A program made the position numbers and the translations under genes. Positions 9,134-19,365 of a DNA stretch of 64,000 nucleotides are shown in pieces. The number at the start of each line of letters is the position of its first letter. The stretch's first letter is position 1. This DNA comes from Bryobacterales bacterium (lineage in GTDB: Bacteria; Acidobacteriota; Terriglobia; Bryobacterales; UBA6623): the NCBI GenBank assembly GCA_965219585.1, contig CBDCOA010000003.1, forward strand, positions 1,535,390-1,599,389, in the 5' to 3' direction. Below the pieces are notes generated by a model. That model did not search any database. It was given only the letters and a program-made list of their open reading frames with translations, and was not told the DNA's origin.

Positions 9134-10765
9134 ATGGCAAGGGGACTCTCCACCGAAATCGAACAGCTGAGCCAGCACAAGGGGATCTCCCCCGAGATCG
9201 TCTTGAGCGCGGTCAAGGACGCGATGCTGGCGGCGGCACGCAAGTTCCATCAGACCGAAGAGGACCTGGTGGCCGAGATCAACCCCAAGACGGGCGCGGT
9301 CGACGTCTACGCGGTCAAGACGGTCACGGACCTGGTGGCCAACCCCACGTTCGAGGTCAGCCTGTCGCAGGCCCGCCGTGTCAATCCATCGGCCAGAATC
9401 GGCGATGAGGTGCGCTTCCCGGTACCGACCGCGAGCCTCGGCCGCATCGCGGCTATGCAGGCCAAGCAGGTGATATTCCAGAAGGTCCGCGAGGCCGAGC
9501 GCGAGACGATCTGCAAGCAGTTCGAGGGCCGCCTGGGAACAATGGAGTACTGCACGGTCAAGCGCACCGAGGGCCCGGACCTGATCGTGGAATTGGACCG
9601 CACCGAGGCCAGGATGCCGCGCCGCGAGCAGTCGCGGCTGGAGACCTTCGCTCCGGGCGAGCGCGTTCGGATCGTCATCAAGGCGGTCGAAAAGGCCGGC
9701 CGGGGACCCGCCGTGGTCGCTTCGCGCGCGAGCGAGGAGTTGGTCAAGCGGCTGTTCGAACAAGAGGTGCCGGAAATCTACGACAACACGGTCGAGATCA
9801 AGGCGTGCGCTCGCGAGGCGGGCGAGCGGACCAAGATCGCGGTGCGCTCGCGCGATCGCAACGTCGACGCGGTGGGCGCTTGCGTCGGCATGAAGGGCAT
9901 GCGCGTGCAGACGATCATCCGCGAGATCCGCGGCGAGAAGATCGACATCATCGAGTACATCGAGGACCCGCTGGAAATGGTCCGCTGGGCGCTGAGTCCG
10001 GCCAAGGTCTCGCGGGTGAACGTCATCGACCCGGAAACGCGCCACATGGAAGTGATCGTCGACGAGTCACAGCTCTCGCTGGCGATCGGCAAGAAGGGCC
10101 AGAACGTGCGGCTCGCGGCGAAGCTGCTCAACTGGCGCATCGACATCAAGAGCGAGGACCAGAATCGCCGCGATGTCGAAGAGGCCATGGCGGCCATCAG
10201 CGGCAGCGGCACGCCGGTCAGCATCTTGAAGAACTACGGCCTCAGCGAGGGACTGATCGAACGCTTGGTCGAGGCCGGCGCGGCCACCCTCGAGGCGGTT
10301 GCCGACATGACGCCCGAGCAACTGATCGAGATTCCCAGCGTGGGGCCGGAACTGGTGGAGCGCATCCGGGCAGCGGTGGAGCAGTGCTACACCCGCCTCG
10401 CGCGAACGGTCGGAGCGGTGCAAACGGTCAGCGAACAGCAGCCTGCGGCAGCCGCGCCCGCGGACAGCCCGGACGCCGAGCAGGGGGCGGAAGCGGCCCC
10501 GGTGCTGCCGGGAGAACCGGAGTCCGGCGCTTCGGAGGAGGAAGAGGACGAAGTCGATTTCGACGTGGCAGAACTGGAGAGCTTTGGTAAGATGAATGTC
10601 TATCGCGGACCCGACGATGGGGCGGAATTCGCGGTGGACGGACAGGGGTATAGCGAGAGCGGCGACGCGCTCGCGACGGCCGGGGCCGTGGCGGATGCCG
10701 AGTCTGCCGTGCGGACGACTGCGGACGAGTTGGTCCAAGAGGAGAAGAACGATTCGCATCAATGA
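9134..10765 (+). CDS. nusA: Transcription termination/antitermination factor NusA with a long acidic C-terminal tail
   Basis: GRIAAMQAKQVI, AREAGERTKIAV, GACVGMKG and LSLAIGKKGQNVRLAAKL. Confidence 0.97.
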   Translation: MARGLSTEIEQLSQHKGISPEIVLSAVKDAMLAAARKFHQTEEDLVAEINPKTGAVDVYAVKTVTDLVANPTFEVSLSQARRVNPSARIGDEVRFPVPTASLGRIAAMQAKQVIFQKVREAERETICKQFEGRLGTMEYCTVKRTEGPDLIVELDRTEARMPRREQSRLETFAPGERVRIVIKAVEKAGRGPAVVASRASEELVKRLFEQEVPEIYDNTVEIKACAREAGERTKIAVRSRDRNVDAVGACVGMKGMRVQTIIREIRGEKIDIIEYIEDPLEMVRWALSPAKVSRVNVIDPETRHMEVIVDESQLSLAIGKKGQNVRLAAKLLNWRIDIKSEDQNRRDVEEAMAAISGSGTPVSILKNYGLSEGLIERLVEAGAATLEAVADMTPEQLIEIPSVGPELVERIRAAVEQCYTRLARTVGAVQTVSEQQPAAAAPADSPDAEQGAEAAPVLPGEPESGASEEEEDEVDFDVAELESFGKMNVYRGPDDGAEFAVDGQGYSESGDALATAGAVADAESAVRTTADELVQEEKNDSHQ

Positions 10766-13700
10766 GCTAGCGCGCGAGTTGGAGGTCAAGTCCTCCGAGA
10801 TCATCGCAGTTCTACCTGAGCTGGGCGTTGAGGGGGTCAGGTCCCACTCCAGCTCGGTCGACGACGCGCAGGCTGGCCAGATCCGCGAGCACATCCGCAA
10901 GCGGGCAGAGGGTGAGAAGCGGCCCGAGCCTGAGCCCGAGCTGGAACTGCCCCTGCGGCGCAAGCGCCGCGTGATCATCGACCAGTCGGCGGCGGGCCCC
11001 GCGCACCGCGGCACAACCGCGGCCGTGCGTCCCACGATCAAGATCGGCGGCGGCGGAGCGACGCTGTTTCGGCCGCCCCTCGGAGGCGGCACAGGGCCGG
11101 GTGTCGGAGCGGCGCTGCGCCCGCCAATCCAGCCGATAGCCGAGCGCCCCGCAGCGGCGGGCGCAGTTCCGCCGGTTGCGCCGCCAGTTGCGCAGCCCCC
11201 GCCCGAAACAGCGATCCAGAAATCCAAGCCGCTGGAGGCAACGGCCTTGGTGGACCGCATGGACGACGGCGACGCCAAGCCCGAACCGCCGCCGATCCCC
11301 GCCGTTCTCGGCCCTGAGCCCAAGCGGCCGACGGCAAGCGCAGTTCCGGGCCAGCCGAACACCCCGGCCCTGCCACCCAAGGCACCCGCGCCCTCGATTC
11401 CGGGCCCGGGGATCAGCGCGCCGCCCGCGATGCCCGCTTCGCAGCCAGCATCGGCAGCACCGACCTCGTCGGCTGGGGCCACGCGGCCGACGCCGCCGAG
11501 ACAGCATGCTCCCCCCGCGATTCCAACGCCGAAACCGCCCGGGATTCCGGGAGCGCCCCAGCCTGCCAAGCCGCAGAAAAAGCCGTCGCCGGCAGGCCCG
11601 GTCCGCCCGATCCGGCCGCCTGGGGTGCAGCGTCCCGCCGCAGCGGGCCTGCGCACGCCCCGGCCCGGCGCGCATGCGCGACCGCCCGCCGCTTCCAGCG
11701 TCCTAGTCCCCGGGCGACCGATCATCCCGCGCACCCACAAGCCCTCGCCGATGCCGGGCATTCCGGCTCCCACTCCAGGCACGCCGGCCGGCTTCCCGCA
11801 CAAAGGCCCGGGCCAGCTCATGGGCGGCATGCGGCCCGGCTTGCCCGGACGCCCTCCAGCGGGAGGACCGGGCGGACGCCCGCCAGGCCCCGGCCGGGGC
11901 GCTCCCGGACAGCGCCGCCCGAGGCCGCCGCAGCAGCGCAAGCGCGACTTGGAGGCCTTGGCCGAGAGCAAGATCCAGCAGCGCAAGCGCCAGACCGAGA
12001 TCCCGCGGGCGGGCAACACCGACATCTTCGCGGCCGACGGCACGTCCGTAAAGGAACTGGCGGAAAAGCTGGGGATCAAAGCCAGCTTCGTCATCAAGTT
12101 CTTGGTAGAGCAGGGCCAGTTCGCGACGATCAACCAGCCGCTCGAGCTGGAAAGCATCAAGTCGATCGCAACGCATTTCGGCGCGACCGCTACCGAACTG
12201 ACATTCGAAGAAGAGGCGGTGCTGGACATCGATCAAGACGAGAGCGTGGAGGATATCGAGCTCCGGCCTCCAGTCGTGACGATCATGGGCCACGTCGACC
12301 ACGGCAAGACCTCCCTGCTCGACAAGATCCGGTCGACCAATATCGCGGGACGCGAGGCGGGCGGCATCACCCAGGCCATCGGCGCCTATCACGTCATCAA
12401 GGACGGCAAGCGGATCGTGTTCATCGATACGCCCGGCCACGAGGCCTTCACCAAGATGCGCGCGCACGGCGCCTCGGTGACCGACATGGTGGTGTTGGTC
12501 GTTGCGGGGGACGACGGCGTCATGCCCCAAACCATCGAAGCCATCGACCACGCCAAGGAGGCCCGCGTCCCGATCATCGTCGCGGTCAACAAGATGGACT
12601 TGGCCAAGGCCGAGCCCGAACGCGTCAAGCAGCAGCTTTCCGACCGCGGGCTGGTGTCGGAAGAGTGGGGCGGCGATACCATCTTCTGCCCGGTCTCGGC
12701 CAAGACTGGCGAGGGTATCGACCATTTGCTCGAGATGATCAATCTGGTCTCCGAACTGCGCGAACTGCGTGCCAATCCGGCCCGGTCCGCCATCGGAGTG
12801 GTGCTGGAGGCGAAGCTTGACCGCGGGAAGGGTCCGGTAGCCACGGTGCTCACCCAAAACGGCACGCTGCGAGTCGGAGACACGTTCGTGGTCGGCGCGG
12901 TGCTGGGCAAGGTGCGGGCAATGATGGACGATCGCGGCAGGAAGGTCAGCTCAGCCGGACCGTCCTCGGCGGTCGTCGTGCTGGGCTTGGACGACCTGCC
13001 CGAGCCGGGCGACCAGCTGTCCGTGCTGGCGGACACCGAGAAAGCCCGCAAGATCGTCGAGTTCCGCGAGGAGAAGGCCCGCGAGCAGGCCATGGCACAG
13101 ACTGCGCGCCTGTCTCTGGAGCAGTTCCAAGAACAGCTCGCGGACGGCCGCGCCCGCGAGCTTCCGATCATCCTCAAGGCCGACTTCCAAGGCTCTGCGA
13201 CCGTGCTGCGGGAGACCCTGGCCAAGCTGACCAGCGACAAGGTCAAGGTGCGCGTGATCCATTGCGGCGTCGGCGCGATCAAGGAGTCGGACATCCTGCT
13301 CGCGATCACGGCGAATGCGATCGTGGTGGGCTTCAACGTGCGGCCCGAGCGCTCGGCGGCCACCCTGGCGGACAAGGAGCACATCGATGTCCGCCTGCAC
13401 ACTGTCATCTACGAGTTGGTCGACGAACTCAAGAAGGGCCTGGCGGGCCTGTTGGAGCCGATTCGCAGGGAAGAGGTTCTTGGCCGGGCGAAAGTCCTCG
13501 AAGTCTTCAACATCACCAACGTCGGCACGGTGGCCGGATGCCTGCTCGAGGAGGGCATGGCGGAAAGCAGCGCCTCGGCCCGGCTGCTGCGGGACAACGT
13601 CGTGATCCACAGCGGCAAGCTGGCCTCGCTGAGGCGATTCAAGGACGACGTCAAGGAAGTGCGGGCGGGCCAAGAATGCGGCATGCATTTCGAGCGCTTC

Positions 13701-13784
13701 AACGACATCAAGAAGAGCGACGAGATCGAGGTCTTCAAGACGGTCGAGGTCGCGCAGGACATCAACGAGCTCATCCCGGTCTAG
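10752..13784 (+). CDS. infB: Translation initiation factor IF-2 (start uncertain: ATT 10752, ACG 10749 or ATG 10695)
   Basis: IF2_N motif [12 protein letters not shown], a Pro-rich linker, and GTPase motifs [18 protein letters not shown] and NKMD. Confidence 0.97.
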   Translation: MRINELARELEVKSSEIIAVLPELGVEGVRSHSSSVDDAQAGQIREHIRKRAEGEKRPEPEPELELPLRRKRRVIIDQSAAGPAHRGTTAAVRPTIKIGGGGATLFRPPLGGGTGPGVGAALRPPIQPIAERPAAAGAVPPVAPPVAQPPPETAIQKSKPLEATALVDRMDDGDAKPEPPPIPAVLGPEPKRPTASAVPGQPNTPALPPKAPAPSIPGPGISAPPAMPASQPASAAPTSSAGATRPTPPRQHAPPAIPTPKPPGIPGAPQPAKPQKKPSPAGPVRPIRPPGVQRPAAAGLRTPRPGAHARPPAASSVLVPGRPIIPRTHKPSPMPGIPAPTPGTPAGFPHKGPGQLMGGMRPGLPGRPPAGGPGGRPPGPGRGAPGQRRPRPPQQRKRDLEALAESKIQQRKRQTEIPRAGNTDIFAADGTSVKELAEKLGIKASFVIKFLVEQGQFATINQPLELESIKSIATHFGATATELTFEEEAVLDIDQDESVEDIELRPPVVTIMGHVDHGKTSLLDKIRSTNIAGREAGGITQAIGAYHVIKDGKRIVFIDTPGHEAFTKMRAHGASVTDMVVLVVAGDDGVMPQTIEAIDHAKEARVPIIVAVNKMDLAKAEPERVKQQLSDRGLVSEEWGGDTIFCPVSAKTGEGIDHLLEMINLVSELRELRANPARSAIGVVLEAKLDRGKGPVATVLTQNGTLRVGDTFVVGAVLGKVRAMMDDRGRKVSSAGPSSAVVVLGLDDLPEPGDQLSVLADTEKARKIVEFREEKAREQAMAQTARLSLEQFQEQLADGRARELPIILKADFQGSATVLRETLAKLTSDKVKVRVIHCGVGAIKESDILLAITANAIVVGFNVRPERSAATLADKEHIDVRLHTVIYELVDELKKGLAGLLEPIRREEVLGRAKVLEVFNITNVGTVAGCLLEEGMAESSASARLLRDNVVIHSGKLASLRRFKDDVKEVRAGQECGMHFERFNDIKKSDEIEVFKTVEVAQDINELIPV

Positions 13785-13836
13785 CGGCTAAGTCGGCGGT
13801 GCGCGCGAGCGCGCCCGGCACGCAGGGAAGTTGGCG

Positions 13837-14130
13837 ATGGAGTGCCATGTGGGAACCTTGTGCCTGCGCATTCACGTCGGGAGCGCGCGCTCGCTGAAGG
13901 ACAAGCGCCAAGTCATCCGCTCGCTGAAGGATCGGCTCAAGGCACGGCACAACATCGCTTTGGCCGAGGTGTCGGGGCAGGACAGCCGCCAAGACTGCGT
14001 CGTCGTGGCCGCGACAGTCGCCAACTCGATGACGGGAGCGCGAATGACCCTCGACGCTGTGCACGAAGAGGCCATCTCCCTATTGGGCCGGGACCTGACC
14101 GACGCCGAGTTCGACATTTCACCCTTGTAA
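13837..14130 (+). CDS. DUF503 (YlxP-like) protein
   Basis: SLKDKRQVIRSLKDRLKARHNIALAEV motif. Typical position after infB. Confidence 0.88.
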   Translation: MECHVGTLCLRIHVGSARSLKDKRQVIRSLKDRLKARHNIALAEVSGQDSRQDCVVVAATVANSMTGARMTLDAVHEEAISLLGRDLTDAEFDISPL

Positions 14131-14198
14131 GTGCCGCACTTGGGTAGCGGTAAACTCAGTCGCAACCCACAACCAGCTCTGCCTGAGGATCAAGACCG

Positions 14199-15899
14199 GT
14201 GCCGAAAACTCCAGCAACCGCCCGTCCGCAGCTCCCTACCCTGCCGGCATTCCTATTCTTACTGGTGGCAGCCCTGGGAGGATGTGCCGGTACCGAAGCC
14301 CCGGGCACCCGCGGGAGCCATGCGGAGGTGTTCGACGTGGTTGTCTACGGGGGCACATCGGCGGCCGTCACCGCTGCCGTCCAGGTCCAGAGAATGGGCA
14401 AGTCCGTGGTCGTGGTATCGCCCGACCTGCATCTCGGCGGCTTGTCATCAGGCGGGCTCGGGTGGACCGACACGGGTGACAAGTCGGTGATCGGCGGGCT
14501 CGCTCGCGAGTTTTACCATCGCATCTGGCGGCACTACGAGGATCCAGCAGCTTGGCGCTGGCAAGAGCGCTCCGAATACGGCAACCGTGGCCAAGGCACG
14601 CCGGCGGTGGACGGCGGACAGCGGACGATGTGGATCTTCGAGCCACATGTCGCGGAAGAGGTGTTCGAGGATCTCGTGGCCGAGCACGGAATCGACGTGC
14701 GGCGGGATGAATGGTTGGACCGCGGCAGCGGAGTGCGCGTCGAGGACGGAAGAATCCAGAGCATTGCCACGGAAAGCGGAGCGAGATTCGCCGGGTCCGC
14801 GTTCATCGACGCCACCTACGAGGGCGACCTGATGGCCGCTGCCGGAGCCTCGTACACCGTCGGAAGAGAGGGCACGGACAGCTACGGAGAAGAGTGGGCG
14901 GGGGTGCAGAAGGACGCCCGCCACCACGGGCACTTCTTCCCGGACGGCGTCGACCCGTACGTCACACCGGGCGACCCGGCCAGCGGGCTCCTGGCGCGGA
15001 TCAGCCCGGAGGCGCCTGGCGAGAACGGCAGCGCCGACGACCGCATCCAGGCCTACTGTTTTCGTCTCTGCCTTACCCGCGTACCAGAGAACCGCGTTCC
15101 GTTCCCGAAACCGGAAGCGTACGATCCGACCCAGTACGAGCTGATCCTGCGCGTGTTCGAGACGGGCTGGCGCGAGACGTTTCGGAAGTTCGATCCGATT
15201 CCCAACGGCAAGACCGACACCAACAACCACGGGCCTTTCAGCACCGACAACATCGGCATGAACTACGCCTACCCAGAAGCATCGTACGAAGCTCGGAAGG
15301 CGATCGTCGCCGAGCACGAGGGGTACCAAAAGGGCCTGCTGTACTTCCTAGCGAAGGATGAGCGAGTGCCGGCCGACGTGCGCGAGGAATTCGCGCAATG
15401 GGGACTCGCCCGTGACGAGTTCGCCGGAAACGGAAACTGGCCGCAGCAACTCTACATCCGAGAGTCCCGGCGGCTCCTAGGAGAATTCGTGATGACCGAG
15501 CACAAGTGCCTTGCCAAGCGGGCGGTTCCCGATTCGGTCGGCATGGGATCGTACGCCATGGACTCCCACAACGTGCAGCGCTACGTGACAGCCGATGGAT
15601 TCGTGCAAAACGAAGGCGACATCGGCGTCAAGCCGCTCCGCCCATATGGCATCGCTTTCGGCTCTCTGAAGCCGCGCAGGCAGGAGGTGACGAACCTGCT
15701 CGTCCCGGTGTGCGTCTCGGCGTCCCACATCGCGTACGGCTCGATTCGCATGGAGCCGGTCTTCATGATCCTCGGCCAATCGGCGGCGACGGCAGCGGTG
15801 CTGGCCATTGAGGAGGGAATCGCCGTGCAAGACCTGGAATACGACAAGCTGCGCGGCAGACTGCTGGCTGACGGCCAGATCCTCGAGCTGCCGGACTGA
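14199..15899 (+). CDS. FAD-dependent oxidoreductase (FAD_oxidored type), probable lipoprotein
   Basis: DVVVYGGTSAAVTAA, FIDATYEGDLMA, YIRESRR and SIRMEPVFM motifs. Lipobox-like LGGC. Confidence 0.85.
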   Translation: MPKTPATARPQLPTLPAFLFLLVAALGGCAGTEAPGTRGSHAEVFDVVVYGGTSAAVTAAVQVQRMGKSVVVVSPDLHLGGLSSGGLGWTDTGDKSVIGGLAREFYHRIWRHYEDPAAWRWQERSEYGNRGQGTPAVDGGQRTMWIFEPHVAEEVFEDLVAEHGIDVRRDEWLDRGSGVRVEDGRIQSIATESGARFAGSAFIDATYEGDLMAAAGASYTVGREGTDSYGEEWAGVQKDARHHGHFFPDGVDPYVTPGDPASGLLARISPEAPGENGSADDRIQAYCFRLCLTRVPENRVPFPKPEAYDPTQYELILRVFETGWRETFRKFDPIPNGKTDTNNHGPFSTDNIGMNYAYPEASYEARKAIVAEHEGYQKGLLYFLAKDERVPADVREEFAQWGLARDEFAGNGNWPQQLYIRESRRLLGEFVMTEHKCLAKRAVPDSVGMGSYAMDSHNVQRYVTADGFVQNEGDIGVKPLRPYGIAFGSLKPRRQEVTNLLVPVCVSASHIAYGSIRMEPVFMILGQSAATAAVLAIEEGIAVQDLEYDKLRGRLLADGQILELPD

Positions 15900-15961
15900 T
15901 CCCCCGGCCCACGGAGGAAGAGCTCCGGGCGGGCGCGCCTTCCGATTGCTACGCTATCGCC

Positions 15962-17161
15962 ATGCAGACCATCATTTCCATGGCGGCGCTGGCCGGGCTG
16001 GCCGCCAGCCTGAGCCCAGCGGCGATCCAGTTCCGCCACGAGCAGATCGAAGACGAGCTCGGAATCGGCTACGCGGTGCTGTGCGAGGACGTCGACGCCG
16101 ACGGGGACGCCGACATCGTCGCGCTCAACGAAACACAGGTCATCTGGTGGAGCAACCCGGGCTGGGAGAAGCATGTCGTGCTCGACGGAGAGACCGAGGC
16201 CGATAACGTCGCCATCGCCGCCTACGACATTACCGGGGACGGCAAGCTGGAATTCGCGATCGGCGCGGCTTGGAGGCCCAGCGACACGCAGGGTGGCGGA
16301 ACGCTGCAGTGGATCGAGCGAACGGACGATCCCGATGCGGAGTGGGAATTGCACTCGCTAGGCAGCGAGCCCACCACGCATCGCATGCGCTGGGCCGATA
16401 CCGATGGCGACGGCCGCGGAGAACTGATCGTCGCTCCATTGCACGGACGCGGGACCAAGGGTCCGAAGCACTGGGTGGGGAACGGAGCCCGGCTGCTGGC
16501 GCTTACGCCATCGGCGCGACCCGCCGCCACGGCCTGGGCGCAAGAGGTCATCGACGACAGTCTTCATATCGTCCACAACTTTTGGGGGGTCAACTTCGAC
16601 GATGACAATGCCGACGAGCTGCTGGTGGCCTCCTACGAGGGCGTGCACCTGCTGGACCGTTCCGAGTCTGGCCGGTGGGCGAGGTTGCAGCTCGGCGCAG
16701 GTTATATCGGCGACTCCATTCGCGGCGCGGGAGAGATCAAGGTCGGGCGCCTGGGCTCGGGCAAGCGCTACATCGCCACGGTCGAGCCGTGGCATGCCAA
16801 CCACATCGTGCTCTACCACGAACCGGAGGATCCGCGGTCGAGCTGGAAGCGCGAAGTCGTGGTCAAGCGAATCAACGGCGGGCACGCGCTGTGGACCGCC
16901 GATCTGGACGGCGACGGCAGCGAAGAGCTAGCCTTTGGCTGGCGGCTCAAGGGAAGCATGCCCTACGATCGGACGGGCGTCGCGGTCTACGACCCCGACA
17001 CCGCTGACGTGCAGATAGTCGACTGGGGCGGAATGGCCACGGAGGATCTCATCGCCGCTGATCTCAACGGCGACGGGAGACCCGACATCGTCGCGGCGGG
17101 TCGCGCCACGCACAACCTGAAGATCTACTGGAACGAAGGCCTCAAGCCAGAGCTGGAATGA
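15962..17161 (+). CDS. Secreted FG-GAP/VCBS-repeat beta-propeller (aldos-2-ulose dehydratase-like)
   Basis: Signal peptide and repeated DxDGDGxxD/E motifs, plus HRMRWAD and EPWHANH. Confidence 0.75.
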   Translation: MQTIISMAALAGLAASLSPAAIQFRHEQIEDELGIGYAVLCEDVDADGDADIVALNETQVIWWSNPGWEKHVVLDGETEADNVAIAAYDITGDGKLEFAIGAAWRPSDTQGGGTLQWIERTDDPDAEWELHSLGSEPTTHRMRWADTDGDGRGELIVAPLHGRGTKGPKHWVGNGARLLALTPSARPAATAWAQEVIDDSLHIVHNFWGVNFDDDNADELLVASYEGVHLLDRSESGRWARLQLGAGYIGDSIRGAGEIKVGRLGSGKRYIATVEPWHANHIVLYHEPEDPRSSWKREVVVKRINGGHALWTADLDGDGSEELAFGWRLKGSMPYDRTGVAVYDPDTADVQIVDWGGMATEDLIAADLNGDGRPDIVAAGRATHNLKIYWNEGLKPELE

Positions 17162-17180
17162 AGCGGCCCGGCCGCAGGCG

Positions 17181-17690
17181 TCAGCCGGATTGGCTCGCCT
17201 TGTGGTTGTTGACGATGGCACCCAGTTGCGCGTCGTGGTGCGCATCGTGCCAGACCATGAATTCGATCTGTGACTGCAAGTCCCTGATCTTGAGGCGCTC
17301 GTTGACCACCCGGCTGTCGAGTTGGGCATCGCTCAGGCCTGCGATGGCTGAGAGCGCTTCCTTCCTGCCACCCTCCAGTTCCGCCAGAATCTGCTCGGGA
17401 GCGGGATACTTTGCCGGCTCGTCGTAGCATTCGCTGCCGTTGGCAAACAGGTCCTTCCAGTGCCCGAGGGGATTGTGCTCGAGTCCCTGGTAGAGCTTGC
17501 GAGCCCCGCCCTCGTAGAACGCCAGATGGCCGGCGATCCACAGCGCGTGCGGGCCGCCGGGGCGGAAGCGGTTCATCCACAATCCGTGTTCGGCCACATA
17601 GGCTAGCTTGGTGCCGCTGGCCCCCCAAGTGAAACTGACGCGATCTAGAACTCTCTGCAGACGTCCGTACGACGCTCCCTCAGCGCTCAT
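17181..17690 (-). CDS. DinB-family (DinB_2) protein
   Basis: W-x-x-G-H-L motif (WIAGHLA) and C-terminal H-x-x-x-H (HDAHHDAQL). Confidence 0.8.
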   Translation of the reverse strand: MSAEGASYGRLQRVLDRVSFTWGASGTKLAYVAEHGLWMNRFRPGGPHALWIAGHLAFYEGGARKLYQGLEHNPLGHWKDLFANGSECYDEPAKYPAPEQILAELEGGRKEALSAIAGLSDAQLDSRVVNERLKIRDLQSQIEFMVWHDAHHDAQLGAIVNNHKASQSG

Positions 17691-17864
17691 GGATTTCCTC
17701 CAACCTGCGGTGCAATCTGCCGCGCCGGACAGCCGGCCCGGCCGAATGCTCTACAAATAGTTTCTCATGGAAGCCGACGAAGGCGTTTTCGTCCGCCGAG
17801 ACCACTCTCGCGGCAGCGAAGACCAGCAAGACAAACTGGCGGTCGGTGAGCCCCGCAACTGCTG

Positions 17865-19307
17865 TCAGTTCTTCCAGGCATCCATCTTGGGCCTTCGCGG
17901 CCCGACATCGAAGAAGCGCACCTCCGAGCCGATGCGGTCGTAGTCTCCCAAGCGTGCGCGCACCCGCTCGACGACTCCCATCAAGCGCTCCACGATGTCA
18001 CCGCGCTGCTCGGACACATCCCGGCTCTCGCTCCGGTCGAACTGCAAGTCATAAAGTTCGGGGGCTTTGACCGCGTCGATCATGCGTCCGTACCAGCTCG
18101 TCCACGGCGGATCGCTCGGGCGTGGCAGGACAAGCTTCCAGCGCTGGTCTCGCACGGCCTGCAAGTGTGTGAAAGCGAAGTAGAGAAAATCTTGGCGCGG
18201 GCTCTCGCTCGCTCTTCCGGACAGCCACGGCCAGAGGTTGACGCCATCAAGCGGGCGCCGGCTGGGAAGAGGCGCGCCAGCAATCGCTGCGAAGGTGGGC
18301 AACAGGTCGAGCGTGCTCGCCAGTTCATCGCTCTCCTGCCCCGGGCGGATCTGCCCGGGCCACCAGAAGATCCCCGGCACGCGCAGCCCGCCCTCCCAAG
18401 TGGACATCTTGAACCCGCGCAACGGTGCCGCGCTGCCGCCGTAATCTCCCAAGTGTCCCTCGATCCAGGGACCGTTGTCGGAGGTGAACACGACCAGCGT
18501 TCGCTCGTCGAGCTGAAGGTCACGCAGGGCCGCGAGAACCTCTCCAACGCTCCAATCGAGTTCCTCAATCACATCGCCGTAGAGCCCGCGCGGGGATCGC
18601 CCGCGGAATTCCGAAGAGGCCCCGAGCGGCACGTGTGGCATGGTGTGGGCTAGGTACAGGAAGAACGGCTGCTCGCGGTGCGTCTTCAAGAAACGGATCG
18701 CCTCCTCGGTATACCGCTTCGTGAGCAGGCTCAGGTCGGTGGGACTTTCCAAGACTTCATCCCCCCGCATGAGCTCCGTCTTCCACCGCTTCGGATCGGG
18801 CTCGCGGGTGACGCCGTTGTGGGCGGGGGTTCCGTAGAAGTAGTCAAAGCCCTGCTGAGTCGGCATCAGCTCGCGCTTGTAGGGGCCCGTGCCCGGCCCG
18901 CGCTCGTGTGCCCCGGGGCCTGCTACGTGCCACTTGCCGACCAAGCCGCTGACATAGCCCTTGGCGGCGAGGACCTCGGCGATGGTGGTCTCTTGCGGAT
19001 GCAGGATCGTGTGCGCTCCCTTGGTGTTGCCGGGCTCGCCGACTCGGATCGGATAGCAGCCGGTCAGCAGCGCCGCCCTGGACGGGCCGCAAACGTTCTG
19101 GGCGTAGAAGCTGGTCAGCCGGAGACCCTCGGCGGCCATGCGGTCAAGATTGGGGGTGCGGATGTGCCGATTGCCGTAGCACCCCAAGTCGCCATAGCCC
19201 AGATCGTCAGCGAAGATGACTACGAAGTTGGGAGGCTGCTGCGCCAAGCAAGGCGCGCACAACAGCGCGCAGGCAACGGCGGCGACGCCGAACGATGCGA
19301 TTCTCAT
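17865..19307 (-). CDS. Sulfatase (arylsulfatase A-like)
   Basis: PNFVVIFADDLGYGD, FGly motif CGPSRAALLTG, GKWH and FTSDNG. Confidence 0.95.
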   Translation of the reverse strand: MRIASFGVAAVACALLCAPCLAQQPPNFVVIFADDLGYGDLGCYGNRHIRTPNLDRMAAEGLRLTSFYAQNVCGPSRAALLTGCYPIRVGEPGNTKGAHTILHPQETTIAEVLAAKGYVSGLVGKWHVAGPGAHERGPGTGPYKRELMPTQQGFDYFYGTPAHNGVTREPDPKRWKTELMRGDEVLESPTDLSLLTKRYTEEAIRFLKTHREQPFFLYLAHTMPHVPLGASSEFRGRSPRGLYGDVIEELDWSVGEVLAALRDLQLDERTLVVFTSDNGPWIEGHLGDYGGSAAPLRGFKMSTWEGGLRVPGIFWWPGQIRPGQESDELASTLDLLPTFAAIAGAPLPSRRPLDGVNLWPWLSGRASESPRQDFLYFAFTHLQAVRDQRWKLVLPRPSDPPWTSWYGRMIDAVKAPELYDLQFDRSESRDVSEQRGDIVERLMGVVERVRARLGDYDRIGSEVRFFDVGPRRPKMDAWKN

Positions 19308-19365
19308 TCCGAGCATTGTACGGCTTGTGGCATCGGGCGAGCCGCGTTGGCGACAATTGAGTGCG

